Assembly (NCBI GenBank): GCA_015523565.1
Contig: WAKA01000131.1
Location: forward strand, 1-59,604
Length of the DNA: 59,604 bases
Origin: Candidatus Heimdallarchaeota archaeon
GTDB lineage: Archaea; Asgardarchaeota; Heimdallarchaeia; Heimdallarchaeales; Kariarchaeaceae
Direction: 5' to 3'
Shown here: positions 1 to 9,201 of the stretch, in pieces
Numbering within the stretch: position 1 is the first letter of the stretch
Layout of the letters: each line of letters opens with the position of its first letter
Position numbers and translations under genes: made by a program
Notes under the pieces: generated by a model
What the model saw: the letters and a program-made list of their open reading frames with translations, nothing else
Databases searched by the model: none
Told to the model about the DNA's origin: nothing

Positions 1-202
1 CAAGAACCATGTCGCAATGGACAAATAAAAACACCGCGTCTTGGCAATACTCAATATCCGATTGGATTGCTGTAAAGCCAATGAAACCATCCTTGACAGG
101 CACTCGTTCCTTCAATGCATGTACCGATTGCGGAACGGATATTGTGGATGGTGCAAAAAGTATGATCATGAAAATAACACTTGACAGCTTTTTGTTAAGC
201 AT
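1..202 (-). CDS. Secreted protein 'A', 5' part only (runs off the window); paralog of 1600-2016
   Basis: Hand translation from ATG at 202: MLNKKLSSVIFMIILFAPSTISVPQSVHALKERVPVKDGFIGFTAIQSDIEYCQDAVFLFVHCDMVL; open to the window edge, signal-peptide-like N-terminus, near-identical to ORF 1600-2070. Confidence 0.75.
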   Translation of the reverse strand, partial: MLNKKLSSVIFMIILFAPSTISVPQSVHALKERVPVKDGFIGFTAIQSDIEYCQDAVFLFVHCDMVL

Positions 203-350
203 AATTTGTGCGAAAAAAAACTATAAAAAATTTTCGATTGTACCTTAAAAATGCGACAGAGTTGGGAAATAGAACCAAACAATCTATTTTTGACATAGAT
301 TACCTTTAATCCAAATTTTCAATGTTATATAGTAAAAAGAAAACAAAACA
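1..350. repeat. Diverged direct repeat of about 1816-2190 (gene A 5' end plus upstream region); also inverted copy near 4550-4745
   Basis: caagaaccatgtcgcaatggacaaataaaaacaccgcgtcttggcaatac occurs at 1 and at 1816; similarity continues, more weakly, into the upstream non-coding DNA. Confidence 0.9.
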
Positions 351-455
351 TTTGCATGCATGGTAAGATAAAAGGGAAGTTTATGAGGTAAATTTTTCAA
401 ATGATGCGTTGTCCCATTTGTTTATTGAAATTCCTTATGAGGAATCCCTTTTCAT

Positions 456-940
456 TCACATTGGGACAAAAACGAGCGTTATGAGTTCCTGCTTAAAATG
501 TGGTCTTCTTCCCTCACTGAAGTGGCGGGCAATAATGTTAGACCATGTCTCTTCGGGGCTGTTCCTGGCTGTTGCAATGATCTATAGCATCAATAGGTTT
601 CTCCATCCCTTTTATATTATAGGTTTCCTGATGAATCACTGCATCTCGAGGCAATCCTAGTTTCCTTGGTTTGACCCGCTTTTGATCTAATCAACCGATA
701 GCCAATCCAAAGACTTCATAGGCTCCTTCAGGAAGCTCAAAGATACAAGCGACTTCAAGGGAATTGTTCCTGATTCCTCCGACCATGGTAAAACCTTGCT
801 GAAAATTTAGAGAACTTTCTTGTCTCATCAGTTGATGCAGCCTTAGTCGGAATGACCCTTCAATGATTCCAATACTGACTTCATATGAGCAATTTGAATT
901 GTGGATTTCTTGAGGGGTTGGATTTGACTAGTTATACCAT
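456..940 (-). pseudogene. Nitroreductase pseudogene, decayed copy of 3645-4436, with large deletion, internal inversion and in-frame stop
   Basis: Minus strand 789-456 reads TMVGGIRNNSLEVACIFELPEGAYEVFGLAIG*LDQKRVKPRKLGLPRDAVIHQETY...WSNIIARHFSEGRRPHFKQEL; 940-861 matches the 5' end of the intact gene; 791-860 matches about 3980-4049 on the plus strand. Confidence 0.88.
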
Positions 941-958
941 TTTTGAAGTTTCCTGATT

Positions 959-1603
959 TCACTTTTGAAAAATATTTTTCGATATAGGATGAGATTCAAA
1001 ACTTTCTCTGTTTTTTCGTTTTATGACAAATATCATTGTCATTGTTCCCATTCCCAATATGAAAAATGAAACTGTAATGGGGACGGAGTTTGATGATGAT
1101 CCAAATGTAGAGGCATCATTATCTAGCCATGTGAAGAAACCTAAGTAAATTGACATTGTAACCTCTATGCTTTGGTTTCCAAAATAGTACACAGCCAGCT
1201 TGAAAACATTGGGATCATCCATAAATGTTCCATTTTCACTTTTAACTGCAAATGGATAGTTTATTCCTTTTGATCTCTTAAATGATTTAAAAATGATGAC
1301 ACCAAGATCATCGGTTCCGTTATTGTTCCCCTCTGGCGTGGATGCGGGAACTCTGTCTTCATTGTAAAAGAGAACTGCGCTGAACTGATCCCAATCAATG
1401 TCCGTCTCATTTTCAAAGACAATTGACATGCCGTCAAAGGTCATGTTCCGAACCGTATCATTGGCAGAATAAATGAATTCCTGAATTCCCGGTTTATCAA
1501 ATGAAAATGAAGTTCGGTCAATAAGGGGATGATTGTATCCAACTGTAGAAGTTGTTGTTATCAACATGCAAAATATAAGAAATGCAAATGTCTTTTTGAT
1601 CAT
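959..1603 (-). CDS. Secreted, C-terminally membrane-anchored protein 'B' of unknown function
   Basis: Probable start MIKKTFAFLIF (ATG 1603, overlapping the stop of gene A as ATGA, with GGTGA upstream); signal peptide, N-glycosylation sequons, C-terminal TM helix followed by KRKNR. Confidence 0.75.
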   Translation of the reverse strand: MIKKTFAFLIFCMLITTTSTVGYNHPLIDRTSFSFDKPGIQEFIYSANDTVRNMTFDGMSIVFENETDIDWDQFSAVLFYNEDRVPASTPEGNNNGTDDLGVIIFKSFKRSKGINYPFAVKSENGTFMDDPNVFKLAVYYFGNQSIEVTMSIYLGFFTWLDNDASTFGSSSNSVPITVSFFILGMGTMTMIFVIKRKNRESFESHPISKNIFQK

Positions 1604-2016
1604 GTTATCACCTTTAGAAAAAGCTCCCAAGAGAAGCAGCCATGGGTCAAATGAATGACATCCACACCACCATTGAAATCTTTGGTTAGATAGGCCAGAA
1701 TTTCAATGTTTATGCAATAGAGTGGGGAAGTCAATTCCTGCCAATCGCGAACTGAAAGACCATCGTCCATAATGACCACTGTTCCCTTGAATTCACCGTC
1801 AGATGGCAGTGAATCAAGAACCATGTCGCAATGGACAAATAAAAACACCGCGTCTTGGCAATACACAACATCCGATTGAATTGCTGTAAAGCCAATGAAT
1901 CCATCCTTGACAAGCACTCGTTCCTTCAATGCAAGTGTCGATTGTGGAACGTATATCATTGGTGATACAAGAAGCATTATCATAAATATTACACATGACT
2001 GCTTTTTGTAAAGCAC
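1600..2016 (-). CDS. Secreted protein 'A', second copy, possibly internally deleted; weak subtilase-like motifs
   Basis: GTG at 2016 aligns with ATG 202 of the paralog; signal peptide; GTVVIMDDG and GVDVIHLTHG loosely resemble S8 motifs. Confidence 0.55.
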   Translation of the reverse strand: MLYKKQSCVIFMIMLLVSPMIYVPQSTLALKERVLVKDGFIGFTAIQSDVVYCQDAVFLFVHCDMVLDSLPSDGEFKGTVVIMDDGLSVRDWQELTSPLYCINIEILAYLTKDFNGGVDVIHLTHGCFSWELFLKVIT

Positions 2017-2292
2017 GATTTGTACGAAAAAAAAATAAAAACTTTTCGATTTTGCCTCAAAAATCAACAAGGATTAGCATAAAGGAATAAATAAACCATT
2101 ATGATGAGGATTGCCCTTACTATAAATTTTCAGATTTATAGGACAAAAAGAAAACAATATGTTAATTTTATGGATAACGTAAAATAAGAAAAATACATCA
2201 TCTTCTCAAGTCATGAAATTTTGCAATAATGGATTCATCTTCTTGTCCTTTCGTCAAAAAAGGTTTATCAAAGGTAAGTTTTCAGGGTAATC

Positions 2293-3579
2293 ATGGCATT
2301 TGCGCAAGAAAGGATACAATTCAATTGGCTCCTGTCCCGCAATCGTGATCTTGCATATTATATTGGTTCCGCCCTTGTTGGATGGTTCTATGTTCTCATT
2401 ATCACCTATTCTGTCCGTTTGCTGGACAGTCCCCTTACAGATCCATTCACGACACTGTCAATTGGGAAATGGACTATCCCCTTGACGTTGGAGGTCCTTG
2501 TCGTGTTTTCATGGGCATTTCTACTTGATGCGCCCCATCTTTGGGGAACTCTTGCACGAACTTTTTTTGATCCAGATGAGTGGAGACAACGGAAAGGAGT
2601 GCTCATCAAGTCCTTTGTGTGGTTTCTTGTCGGTCCAGCAATGATAATTGGACCATACCTGATGGGAGACTTGCTTGCTGGTTTTGGGATAAATATTACA
2701 CCACCCACTTTGGTTCTTGGTTCCATTGTCTTTCTTATTTTTTTCAGGCTTTGGGCATATTACCATGTGGTACGTCAGCATTGGGGGTTTTTTCGCCTCT
2801 ACAAACGGAAGGCAAATGATTTTGATCCGTTCAGCGACAAGGTGGACACATGGTTCTTCAATCTCAGTCTTTACCTCCCTTTGCTGATTTTTTTGACCAG
2901 CACTTACTTTTATGAAACGCCGGGATTTGAATCCATCGATCTAGGTCTCAGATCGCCAATCCTCCCAAATGGTGCCAGTGTTGGAGGGATCCTGTATCCA
3001 ATATTTTGGACTGCATATCTCTTGACCATAATTGGGTATTTTTTGATTCAAATCAGGTTATATATTAGGGGGTCTCCATTGAACGGTTCAAAGCTCATAT
3101 ATATGGCACTTATCGTACCGCTTCATCTTGTTGCCTTTTCCCATCCCATCCTTGTAGTGTTTGTGACGCCCATTGTCACAGTGGGTCATAACATCCAGTA
3201 CCACGTGATTGTGTATGAATTTGCCAAAAAGAAATACAAGATGTCTGCGGATCCCAGATATCGTTTGGCTCGCCTTCTCTTCAAAAACATCTTGGTTTAT
3301 CTGCTCTTTGGGCTAGCATTTACCTTTCTATTCTATCGAGGGCCATTCATCAAATTCATGGAAAGTGTCACAGGATTGGCATTGGATGGGTTACTCTTCA
3401 ATTCCATTGGAATGATGGCAGGAATAAGACATCCAGAACAACTCAATCTTGGGCAGAAAGTGTTTGCCTCATTCTTGCTCGGTTGGGCAATGCAACATTA
3501 TTATTTGGATTCTAAAATTTGGAGAGTTTCAAGGGATAAGGGACTTCGAAAGGCTTTAGATCTTGAGGAATCCCCTTAG
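2293..3579 (+). CDS. Polytopic membrane protein with several His-containing motifs (putative membrane metalloenzyme)
   Basis: 428 aa, about 9-10 hydrophobic helices; motifs DAPHLWGT, YYHVVRQHWG, GHNIQYH, QHYYLDSKIW. Confidence 0.7.
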   Translation: MAFAQERIQFNWLLSRNRDLAYYIGSALVGWFYVLIITYSVRLLDSPLTDPFTTLSIGKWTIPLTLEVLVVFSWAFLLDAPHLWGTLARTFFDPDEWRQRKGVLIKSFVWFLVGPAMIIGPYLMGDLLAGFGINITPPTLVLGSIVFLIFFRLWAYYHVVRQHWGFFRLYKRKANDFDPFSDKVDTWFFNLSLYLPLLIFLTSTYFYETPGFESIDLGLRSPILPNGASVGGILYPIFWTAYLLTIIGYFLIQIRLYIRGSPLNGSKLIYMALIVPLHLVAFSHPILVVFVTPIVTVGHNIQYHVIVYEFAKKKYKMSADPRYRLARLLFKNILVYLLFGLAFTFLFYRGPFIKFMESVTGLALDGLLFNSIGMMAGIRHPEQLNLGQKVFASFLLGWAMQHYYLDSKIWRVSRDKGLRKALDLEESP

Positions 3580-3644
3580 GATTAAATTCATATTCCACAG
3601 GGAGTCCCATCATGAAGTTTTTGGAATAACAGAATGAATTTGGT

Positions 3645-4436
3645 TTGACTAGCCGAATACCAAACCTCAAGAAAGCCGTAGACCCAATTGGACATATGAA
3701 ATCAGTCATGCAAACACTAAAGGATCATGTCAGCATTCGTGAGTTCATTGACAAACCCATCGAGGATGACCTACTAATGGAACTAATTGATACAGCCCGC
3801 AGATCACCCACAAGTAGCAACATGCAGGCATACTCATTTGTAGTGATTAGGGACAGGCAACGAATCAAGCACATTGCATCTCTTGCAGGCAACCAAAAGT
3901 GGATAGAGAATGCCGCGGCGTTCATAGCAATTTGTGCAGACACATACCGATTACAAAAGGCCGCAGAAATCCATGAAAAAAATCTTGCCAAGAATTTTGA
4001 GAACTTTCTGGTCTCATCGGTTGATGCAGCGTTGGTCGGGATGTCCCTCAGTTTGGCCGCGGAATCGGTAGGATTGGGAACCACCATGGTCGGAGGGATA
4101 AGAAACAGACCAATTGAAGTTGCACGTTTCTTGGAGCTTCCCGAAGGTGTCTATGTAGTCTTTGGATTGGCTATCGGTTGGCCTGATTGGCAACGAGTCA
4201 AACCCAAAAAACCCAGATTGCCTCAAGAAGCGGTGACCCATCAGGAGACCTACAGTGCAAAAGGATTGGAAAAACATATCGAAGATTATGATCATGTCCT
4301 CTATGACTATTATACGATGACAGGAAGAAAAAGTCCAAAAGCGGCATGGTCAGGCATCATCGCCCGTCGTTTCAGTGAGGGAAGAAGACCACATCTCAAA
4401 AAAGATCTCGAAGAACTCGGTTTTATTCTTAAGTGA
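3645..4436 (+). CDS. nfsA: NADPH-dependent flavin oxidoreductase / nitroreductase (NfsA/Frp family)
   Basis: HVSIREF, SPTSSNMQAYSFVVI, LAGNQKWI, VDAAL...AAESVGLG...GGIRN, FGLAIGWP, KPRLP; true start may be ATG 3696. Confidence 0.9.
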   Translation: MTSRIPNLKKAVDPIGHMKSVMQTLKDHVSIREFIDKPIEDDLLMELIDTARRSPTSSNMQAYSFVVIRDRQRIKHIASLAGNQKWIENAAAFIAICADTYRLQKAAEIHEKNLAKNFENFLVSSVDAALVGMSLSLAAESVGLGTTMVGGIRNRPIEVARFLELPEGVYVVFGLAIGWPDWQRVKPKKPRLPQEAVTHQETYSAKGLEKHIEDYDHVLYDYYTMTGRKSPKAAWSGIIARRFSEGRRPHLKKDLEELGFILK

Positions 4437-4699
4437 AGATCAAAGAGTTATCAATGGAATCAGAGATTTTGCCCATAAATGCTGGAAACACATCAACTTG
4501 AGCCTTGATATCACCAAGTTCACACATTTTATATTATTAAGTTAAATTAATTATTGTTTTCTTTTTTATCCATAATTATGAAAATTTGAATAGAAACAAT
4601 CATTTAGGGAAAATAGAGGATCTGTTTCTTTTTATCTTATTTTCGCACAATTTTAAGACACAACCGTAATTTTTTAATATGTTTTTTTTCTCACAAATT

Positions 4700-4774
4700 A
4701 TGCTTTCTATAAAGCTATCAAGAGTGATTTTCATAATCATACTTCAAAAACAATTTATGTTATCCGTTCTTTGA
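4700..4774 (+). pseudogene. Remnant of gene A (third copy, inverted)
   Basis: cacaaattATGCTTTCTATAAAGCTATCAAGAGTGATTTTCATAATCATACTT aligns with the start of gene A (reverse complement of about 160-210); stops after 24 codons. Confidence 0.7.
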
Positions 4775-4842
4775 TAAGGGTTCCTTAACATGGAAAGGAC
4801 ATGACAACCATGCTTGGTAGCTTTATTTAGAAGGTGTCAAAC

Positions 4843-5220
4843 ATGACCAAAAAGACATTATCAATTTTCATTCTTGGTTTGTTGGCAATAACCTCTGTGT
4901 CTGTGGCTCGAAACCTTGGTTCATCAAAGGAAGTTTGATCTATGAGAGGGTACAAGGATTCAGGGATTTGTCTATTATGCAAATGAGACTGTTCGGAACA
5001 TGACCTACAATGACTTGGCATTAGAAGGCATTGAGCTGTCTTTAAAAACAAGACGAACATTGATTGGGATCAGTTCACGTTGGTTCTCTTTTATAATGAA
5101 GAAATAATTCCTGCCCCCACACCAGATCCAATGTCCTCGCCAGTTCAGATTTCAGTCACAATTATTATACTTGGAATAAGTCCCATGATATTCTTTTGAA
5201 TTCGTAAAAAACAAAGTTAG
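4843..5220 (+). pseudogene. Frameshifted and deleted remnant of gene B (inverted copy of 959-1603)
   Basis: Fragments MTKKTLSIFILGLL, IQGFVYYANETVRNMTY, FKNKTNIDWDQFTLVLFYNEEIIPAPTP and ISVTIIILGI match gene B, separated by stops and frameshifts. Confidence 0.85.
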
Positions 5221-5272
5221 TGCATGGACTTGGTCAGTTCATAATAATATGTGATGTATTTTATTTTGGGAA

Positions 5273-6463
5273 TCATTGTTTCACAAGTGCACTTGCTTTG
5301 TTGGCTTCTTCTTCAAGTTTTTTAATGGCATTAGTGAGTTCCTCTATTGCCGCACTGGTTTCTTCTGCAGAAGAAGCCACTTCTTCAGATGATGCCGCAG
5401 TTTCTTCAGAAAGTGCAGAAATTTCCTCCATTTTTTGGGAAAGGGTGCTGAATGCATTGTTTAGCATTTCAATTGTTTGGTCAGTTACCTTTTGTATTTC
5501 TTCTGCGGCATTTTTTGATTCTTCAGACAATTTTCGGACATTTTCAGCAACAACAGCAAATCCCCGCCCGTAGTCACCTGCACGGGATGCCTCGATACCT
5601 GCATTGAGTGCCAAGATGTTGGTTTCGAGTGATATTTCATCTACAGTTTTGGAATTTGCGGAAATTCTTTGAGTTACCTGTTGTATGGTTTTGCTTGTGT
5701 TTTTGAGCGTATTGAACATTTCCTGCACTTTTTGTGCCTGTTCATTTGCCACGTCGGACATTGATTGACTGGTTGTTGCAACACTTTCGGAAGAGGTGTG
5801 AATCTCTTCTGCGGCGGCATATATTGTTTTTGCAGTGTTAGCTATGTTGGATGTAAGGTTAAGTTGGTCTATGAGATTTTTTGATTGGGTGAATATACTA
5901 TTGAAATTATCAGCAAGTTTGGAAAAAGTTCTGTCTCCAACAATACGTTTATCGGTGATTTTGGTATCGAGATTTCCAGAGATGAATTCCAATGTGGCTT
6001 GATTGAATTTGTCAAAATAGACGTCAACTTCGACGAACAGTGACAGGACAATTCCCATGATTATGGGAAGTAGAATTACGGAAAGAATAATGAATCCTTG
6101 GAGAGAGGGATTTTCAAATTGGAAAAGAATGCCAAGGATATCGAAAATGTACAATCCAAGAGTCATTGCTAATATAGAGAAATGAAGGATTTGTCTGTAC
6201 CTATAGTCATTGAATCCCATCCAAGGTAGAGGGATCAGAGTCAAAAGAACCAATGGGAAAAAATAGACAATTGCAAAGATTTGAATCTGTTCAGGAGTCC
6301 ATCCTGCTGTCAAGTTAAAAAAGATGCCAAGTACAATTCCTAGAATCACAGTGAGCAGTCCAAGCAATTCAAGAATATTTACAATTGCAAGGTTGAATTT
6401 ACCTATTTTTATGTGGGGTTTCAGGAAGAAATCAGAAAAAGCTTGATTAATAGCCATATTCAT
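5273..6463 (-). CDS. Methyl-accepting chemotaxis-like protein (about 4 TM, HAMP, MCP signalling domain)
   Basis: Hairpin-tip motif ISLETNILALNAGIEASRAGDYGRGFAVVAENVRKLSEES; heptad methylation-like segment EETAASSEEVASSAEETSAAIEE. Confidence 0.92.
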   Translation of the reverse strand: MNMAINQAFSDFFLKPHIKIGKFNLAIVNILELLGLLTVILGIVLGIFFNLTAGWTPEQIQIFAIVYFFPLVLLTLIPLPWMGFNDYRYRQILHFSILAMTLGLYIFDILGILFQFENPSLQGFIILSVILLPIIMGIVLSLFVEVDVYFDKFNQATLEFISGNLDTKITDKRIVGDRTFSKLADNFNSIFTQSKNLIDQLNLTSNIANTAKTIYAAAEEIHTSSESVATTSQSMSDVANEQAQKVQEMFNTLKNTSKTIQQVTQRISANSKTVDEISLETNILALNAGIEASRAGDYGRGFAVVAENVRKLSEESKNAAEEIQKVTDQTIEMLNNAFSTLSQKMEEISALSEETAASSEEVASSAEETSAAIEELTNAIKKLEEEANKASALVKQ

Positions 6464-6566
6464 TTAATACAGGCACCAGACATATAAATATTCTTGACAT
6501 ATTGTTTGAATTTGTATAATCTAATGATAAATTAATAATTTTCTTGTTCAGGGATGGGAATCAAAG

Positions 6567-6974
6567 TCATTCCTTACCGTTTGGGGGAAGGATATAGCGA
6601 TAGGCATTTACAGATCCACCCCTTCTTAGAGCGAAAAATGTGGAGGAAAGTTGAGTGAAACCTTTCCTTGCCCAATTGAGGAGGTTGAAATCATTGAGGC
6701 ACGATTCGTCAACGTTCCTGAAGAGTTCGCAATAACTTTCCGCAAACCTTGCGAGGTTTTTGTATGCTTCGAAATATCCAGCAGTGCCTTTCATGGTATG
6801 GAAAATACGGAAAATTTCGCGATATCCATTAAGTCTAGTTTCAGGGGGTTCGATGGTTCGAAGTTGTTTCAAGGCGTGGGAATAGTTATCAAGCATAGAC
6901 TCGAATTCTTCTATGAAGACAGAATGGAACTCCTCATAATGGGCATCGTCTGAGGTCATTCCAGTAGACATCAA
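6567..6974 (-). CDS. Stand-alone Hpt (CheA P1-like) histidine phosphotransfer protein
   Basis: FIEE...L...L..L pattern and FRIFHTMKGTAG phospho-His motif; 135 aa, no kinase domain. Confidence 0.82.
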   Translation of the reverse strand: MMSTGMTSDDAHYEEFHSVFIEEFESMLDNYSHALKQLRTIEPPETRLNGYREIFRIFHTMKGTAGYFEAYKNLARFAESYCELFRNVDESCLNDFNLLNWARKGFTQLSSTFFALRRGGSVNAYRYILPPNGKE

Positions 6975-7040
6975 CTAGCATTTTACGCTAACATATTTAT
7001 GGGTTTTGAAATTCTTTTGTGAATTGAAGAAAGTCGGTTG

Positions 7041-7580
7041 TCATTTTTTCCAAAGGATGTCAGAGATGCCATCTAGATGGTTAAAAAGCCGTGCCCAGAC
7101 AAATAGCAAGTCGGACAGGCGGTTGACATATTTGAGAATTGTGGGATCAATGGCATTGGAATGGCTTAGTCCGACAATCCTTCTTTCAAATCTTCTTGCG
7201 ACAGTTCTTGCAACATGTGTTTCTGCAGCGAGAGAAGTGCCCCCTGGAAGTATGAACGATTGAAGAGGGGAAAGGAGTTCGGATGCTTTGTCTATAAGTT
7301 TTTCAAGGTCCATGACCCTTTGTTCATCAAGAATTACATTTGGATTTGGTGATGCAAGGATAGAACCTATGGTAAATAGATCAGACTGGATTTGTAGCAG
7401 GCTATCCCTGATTTCAGAATAAGGGGGTTCATTTTTGAGATGAGATACAATGAGACCCAATATGCTGTTTAGTTCATCAGCGGTTCCGTAAGCCTCAACT
7501 CTTAAGTTGTCTTTGGGAACTTTTTCCCCTCCGAAAAGAGAAGTGTATCCTTGGTCTCCTTTTCTTGTGTAGATTTTCAT
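7041..7580 (-). CDS. pduO: ATP:cob(I)alamin adenosyltransferase, PduO type
   Basis: MKIYTRKGDQGYTSL, EAYGTADELNS, FILPGG, RTVARRFER, YVNRLSDLLF. Confidence 0.95.
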   Translation of the reverse strand: MKIYTRKGDQGYTSLFGGEKVPKDNLRVEAYGTADELNSILGLIVSHLKNEPPYSEIRDSLLQIQSDLFTIGSILASPNPNVILDEQRVMDLEKLIDKASELLSPLQSFILPGGTSLAAETHVARTVARRFERRIVGLSHSNAIDPTILKYVNRLSDLLFVWARLFNHLDGISDILWKK

Positions 7581-7619
7581 GATGTGCAGAATTGAATGGA
7601 TACCATAAAAAGGCTTGAG

Positions 7620-8072
7620 TTACCAGTTCAGTTGTTTGAATGCATTCAATATCTGTTCACCAGCATTTGCGGTCTTTACTCCCTTAATAGTCTTGACAAG
7701 CATTCCGTTTTCGTCAAAAAAGTGGATATAGCGTTTTGTCCCCATGAATTTCTTTCCGTAAAGAGTTCTTTCCCCAAACATGCCGAGTTTTTCCAAAAGC
7801 TCATGCTCAGGGTCGGAAATTAGTGGATATTCCAAGTTGTATTTTTCAGCGAATTCCCTGTTTTTTTCAACAGGGTCTGTAGAGATGCCGAAAATAAGCA
7901 CGTTATGATTTTTGATTTGGGAGAAGCTGTCCTCAATTGAACACACTTCTTTTGTGCATCCAGGGGTGAATGCTTTGGGATATGAGAAAAGAACTACACG
8001 ATGACCTCGTAGATCCTTATCGGTTATGTCTTCACCAGTATGCAACTTGAGGTGGAATTTTGGAAGTTCCAT
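7620..8072 (-). CDS. bcp: Peroxiredoxin, BCP/PrxQ family
   Basis: YPKAFTPGCTKEVC motif, GISTD, LISDP. Confidence 0.93.
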   Translation of the reverse strand: MELPKFHLKLHTGEDITDKDLRGHRVVLFSYPKAFTPGCTKEVCSIEDSFSQIKNHNVLIFGISTDPVEKNREFAEKYNLEYPLISDPEHELLEKLGMFGERTLYGKKFMGTKRYIHFFDENGMLVKTIKGVKTANAGEQILNAFKQLNW

Positions 8073-8175
8073 AGGTTAAGGAAAAATTCAGGAAAATTTA
8101 AGTGAATTGGTTGGCAACCACCTTGATAAGCCAACATTGGAGATATGGGATGGATTTGTTCTTCATTCATTTAAC

Positions 8176-9084
8176 CTATATTATTTTTTTGCCCATGGCA
8201 GAAAGGATAAGCCCTACAGCAAGGGTTGCTGTTTTGTTTCTTGTATCAAGGACAGGATTGACTTCAACCATTTCAAATGATGCAAGTTTATTAGTGTCTG
8301 CAATCATCTCCAAGAAAAGATGTGCTTCCCTGTAAGTGAGTCCCCCCTTAACAGGAGTTCCAGTGCCTGGAGCTTCGTATGGGTCAACCACGTCAATATC
8401 AAAAGAGACATGCAGATAATCTACATTTTTAGTGGCGTGGGAAATGGCCTCTAGAGATGAGTTCAGGATACCATTTCGATCAATATCAGACATAGTGATT
8501 ACTTTTACACCAACCTTTTTTAGGTTGTCAATTTCTCCTTTGTCAAGATCCCTTGCGCCAAAAAGCACAGTGTTTTCAAGGGATACAGAAGGAGATGGCC
8601 CGATTTCAGTAAGAGAGGGGTCTCCATAGCCACAGACAACTGCAAAGGGCATGCCGTGGATGTTTCCAGAGGGGGTGGTTTCAGGAGTATTGAAATCACC
8701 ATGTGCATCTACCCAAATAATGCCTGTTTTTCCACCGTGTAATTTTTTCATGCCAGCCATAGTGCCAATGGTTATTGAATGGTCACCACCAATGATAATG
8801 GGAAAGAGACCCATTTCAATGGCAGTTTCAACGATTTGTTTCAGGTGTTTGGCAGTATCAGCAATATATGGCAGGAAACGTAGGCGAGGGTCCATTGTGT
8901 AGTTTTCTGTATGTTCATCGATATCGTGACAGTGAATGTTCCCAAAATCAAGGACATCATAACCTAGTTTCCGAAGATGTTTTTCAATGCCAGCAATGCG
9001 TATTGCTGACGGACCCATATCCACACCTCGTCGTGATGCACCCAAATCTTGAGGGACACCGATAAGTCCAATTTTTCTTTTCAT
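8176..9084 (-). CDS. rocF: Arginase
   Basis: GVDMGPSAIR, GGDHS, DAHGDFNTPETTPSGNIHGMP, SFDIDVVDP, EVNP. Confidence 0.95.
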   Translation of the reverse strand: MKRKIGLIGVPQDLGASRRGVDMGPSAIRIAGIEKHLRKLGYDVLDFGNIHCHDIDEHTENYTMDPRLRFLPYIADTAKHLKQIVETAIEMGLFPIIIGGDHSITIGTMAGMKKLHGGKTGIIWVDAHGDFNTPETTPSGNIHGMPFAVVCGYGDPSLTEIGPSPSVSLENTVLFGARDLDKGEIDNLKKVGVKVITMSDIDRNGILNSSLEAISHATKNVDYLHVSFDIDVVDPYEAPGTGTPVKGGLTYREAHLFLEMIADTNKLASFEMVEVNPVLDTRNKTATLAVGLILSAMGKKII

Positions 9085-9201
9085 AACGAGTCAATGAAGG
9101 CAGGATAGAAATAATTATTGGTATTGGAGGTCTAAATAGGATTTAGGGTTTTTAGAGTGTATAATATTTAAAATATAAATATTTGAGCATATAAATCACG
9201 A

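Noticed and set aside
9-248. Plus-strand 79-aa ORF
   Set aside because: Antisense shadow of gene A (202 to window edge, minus strand), which is supported by its paralog
409-660. Plus-strand 83-aa ORF
   Set aside because: Antisense to the nitroreductase pseudogene; no protein-like features
691-693. In-frame TGA as possible selenocysteine or recoding
   Set aside because: It replaces a Trp codon (TGG) in a copy that also has deletions and an inversion, so it is simple decay
4827-5060. Minus-strand 77-aa ORF
   Set aside because: Antisense to the gene B pseudogene
1-5220. Composite transposon or DGR explanation for the repeats
   Set aside because: No transposase, reverse transcriptase, terminal inverted repeats or adenine-specific mismatch pattern was seen; differences include indels and all base types
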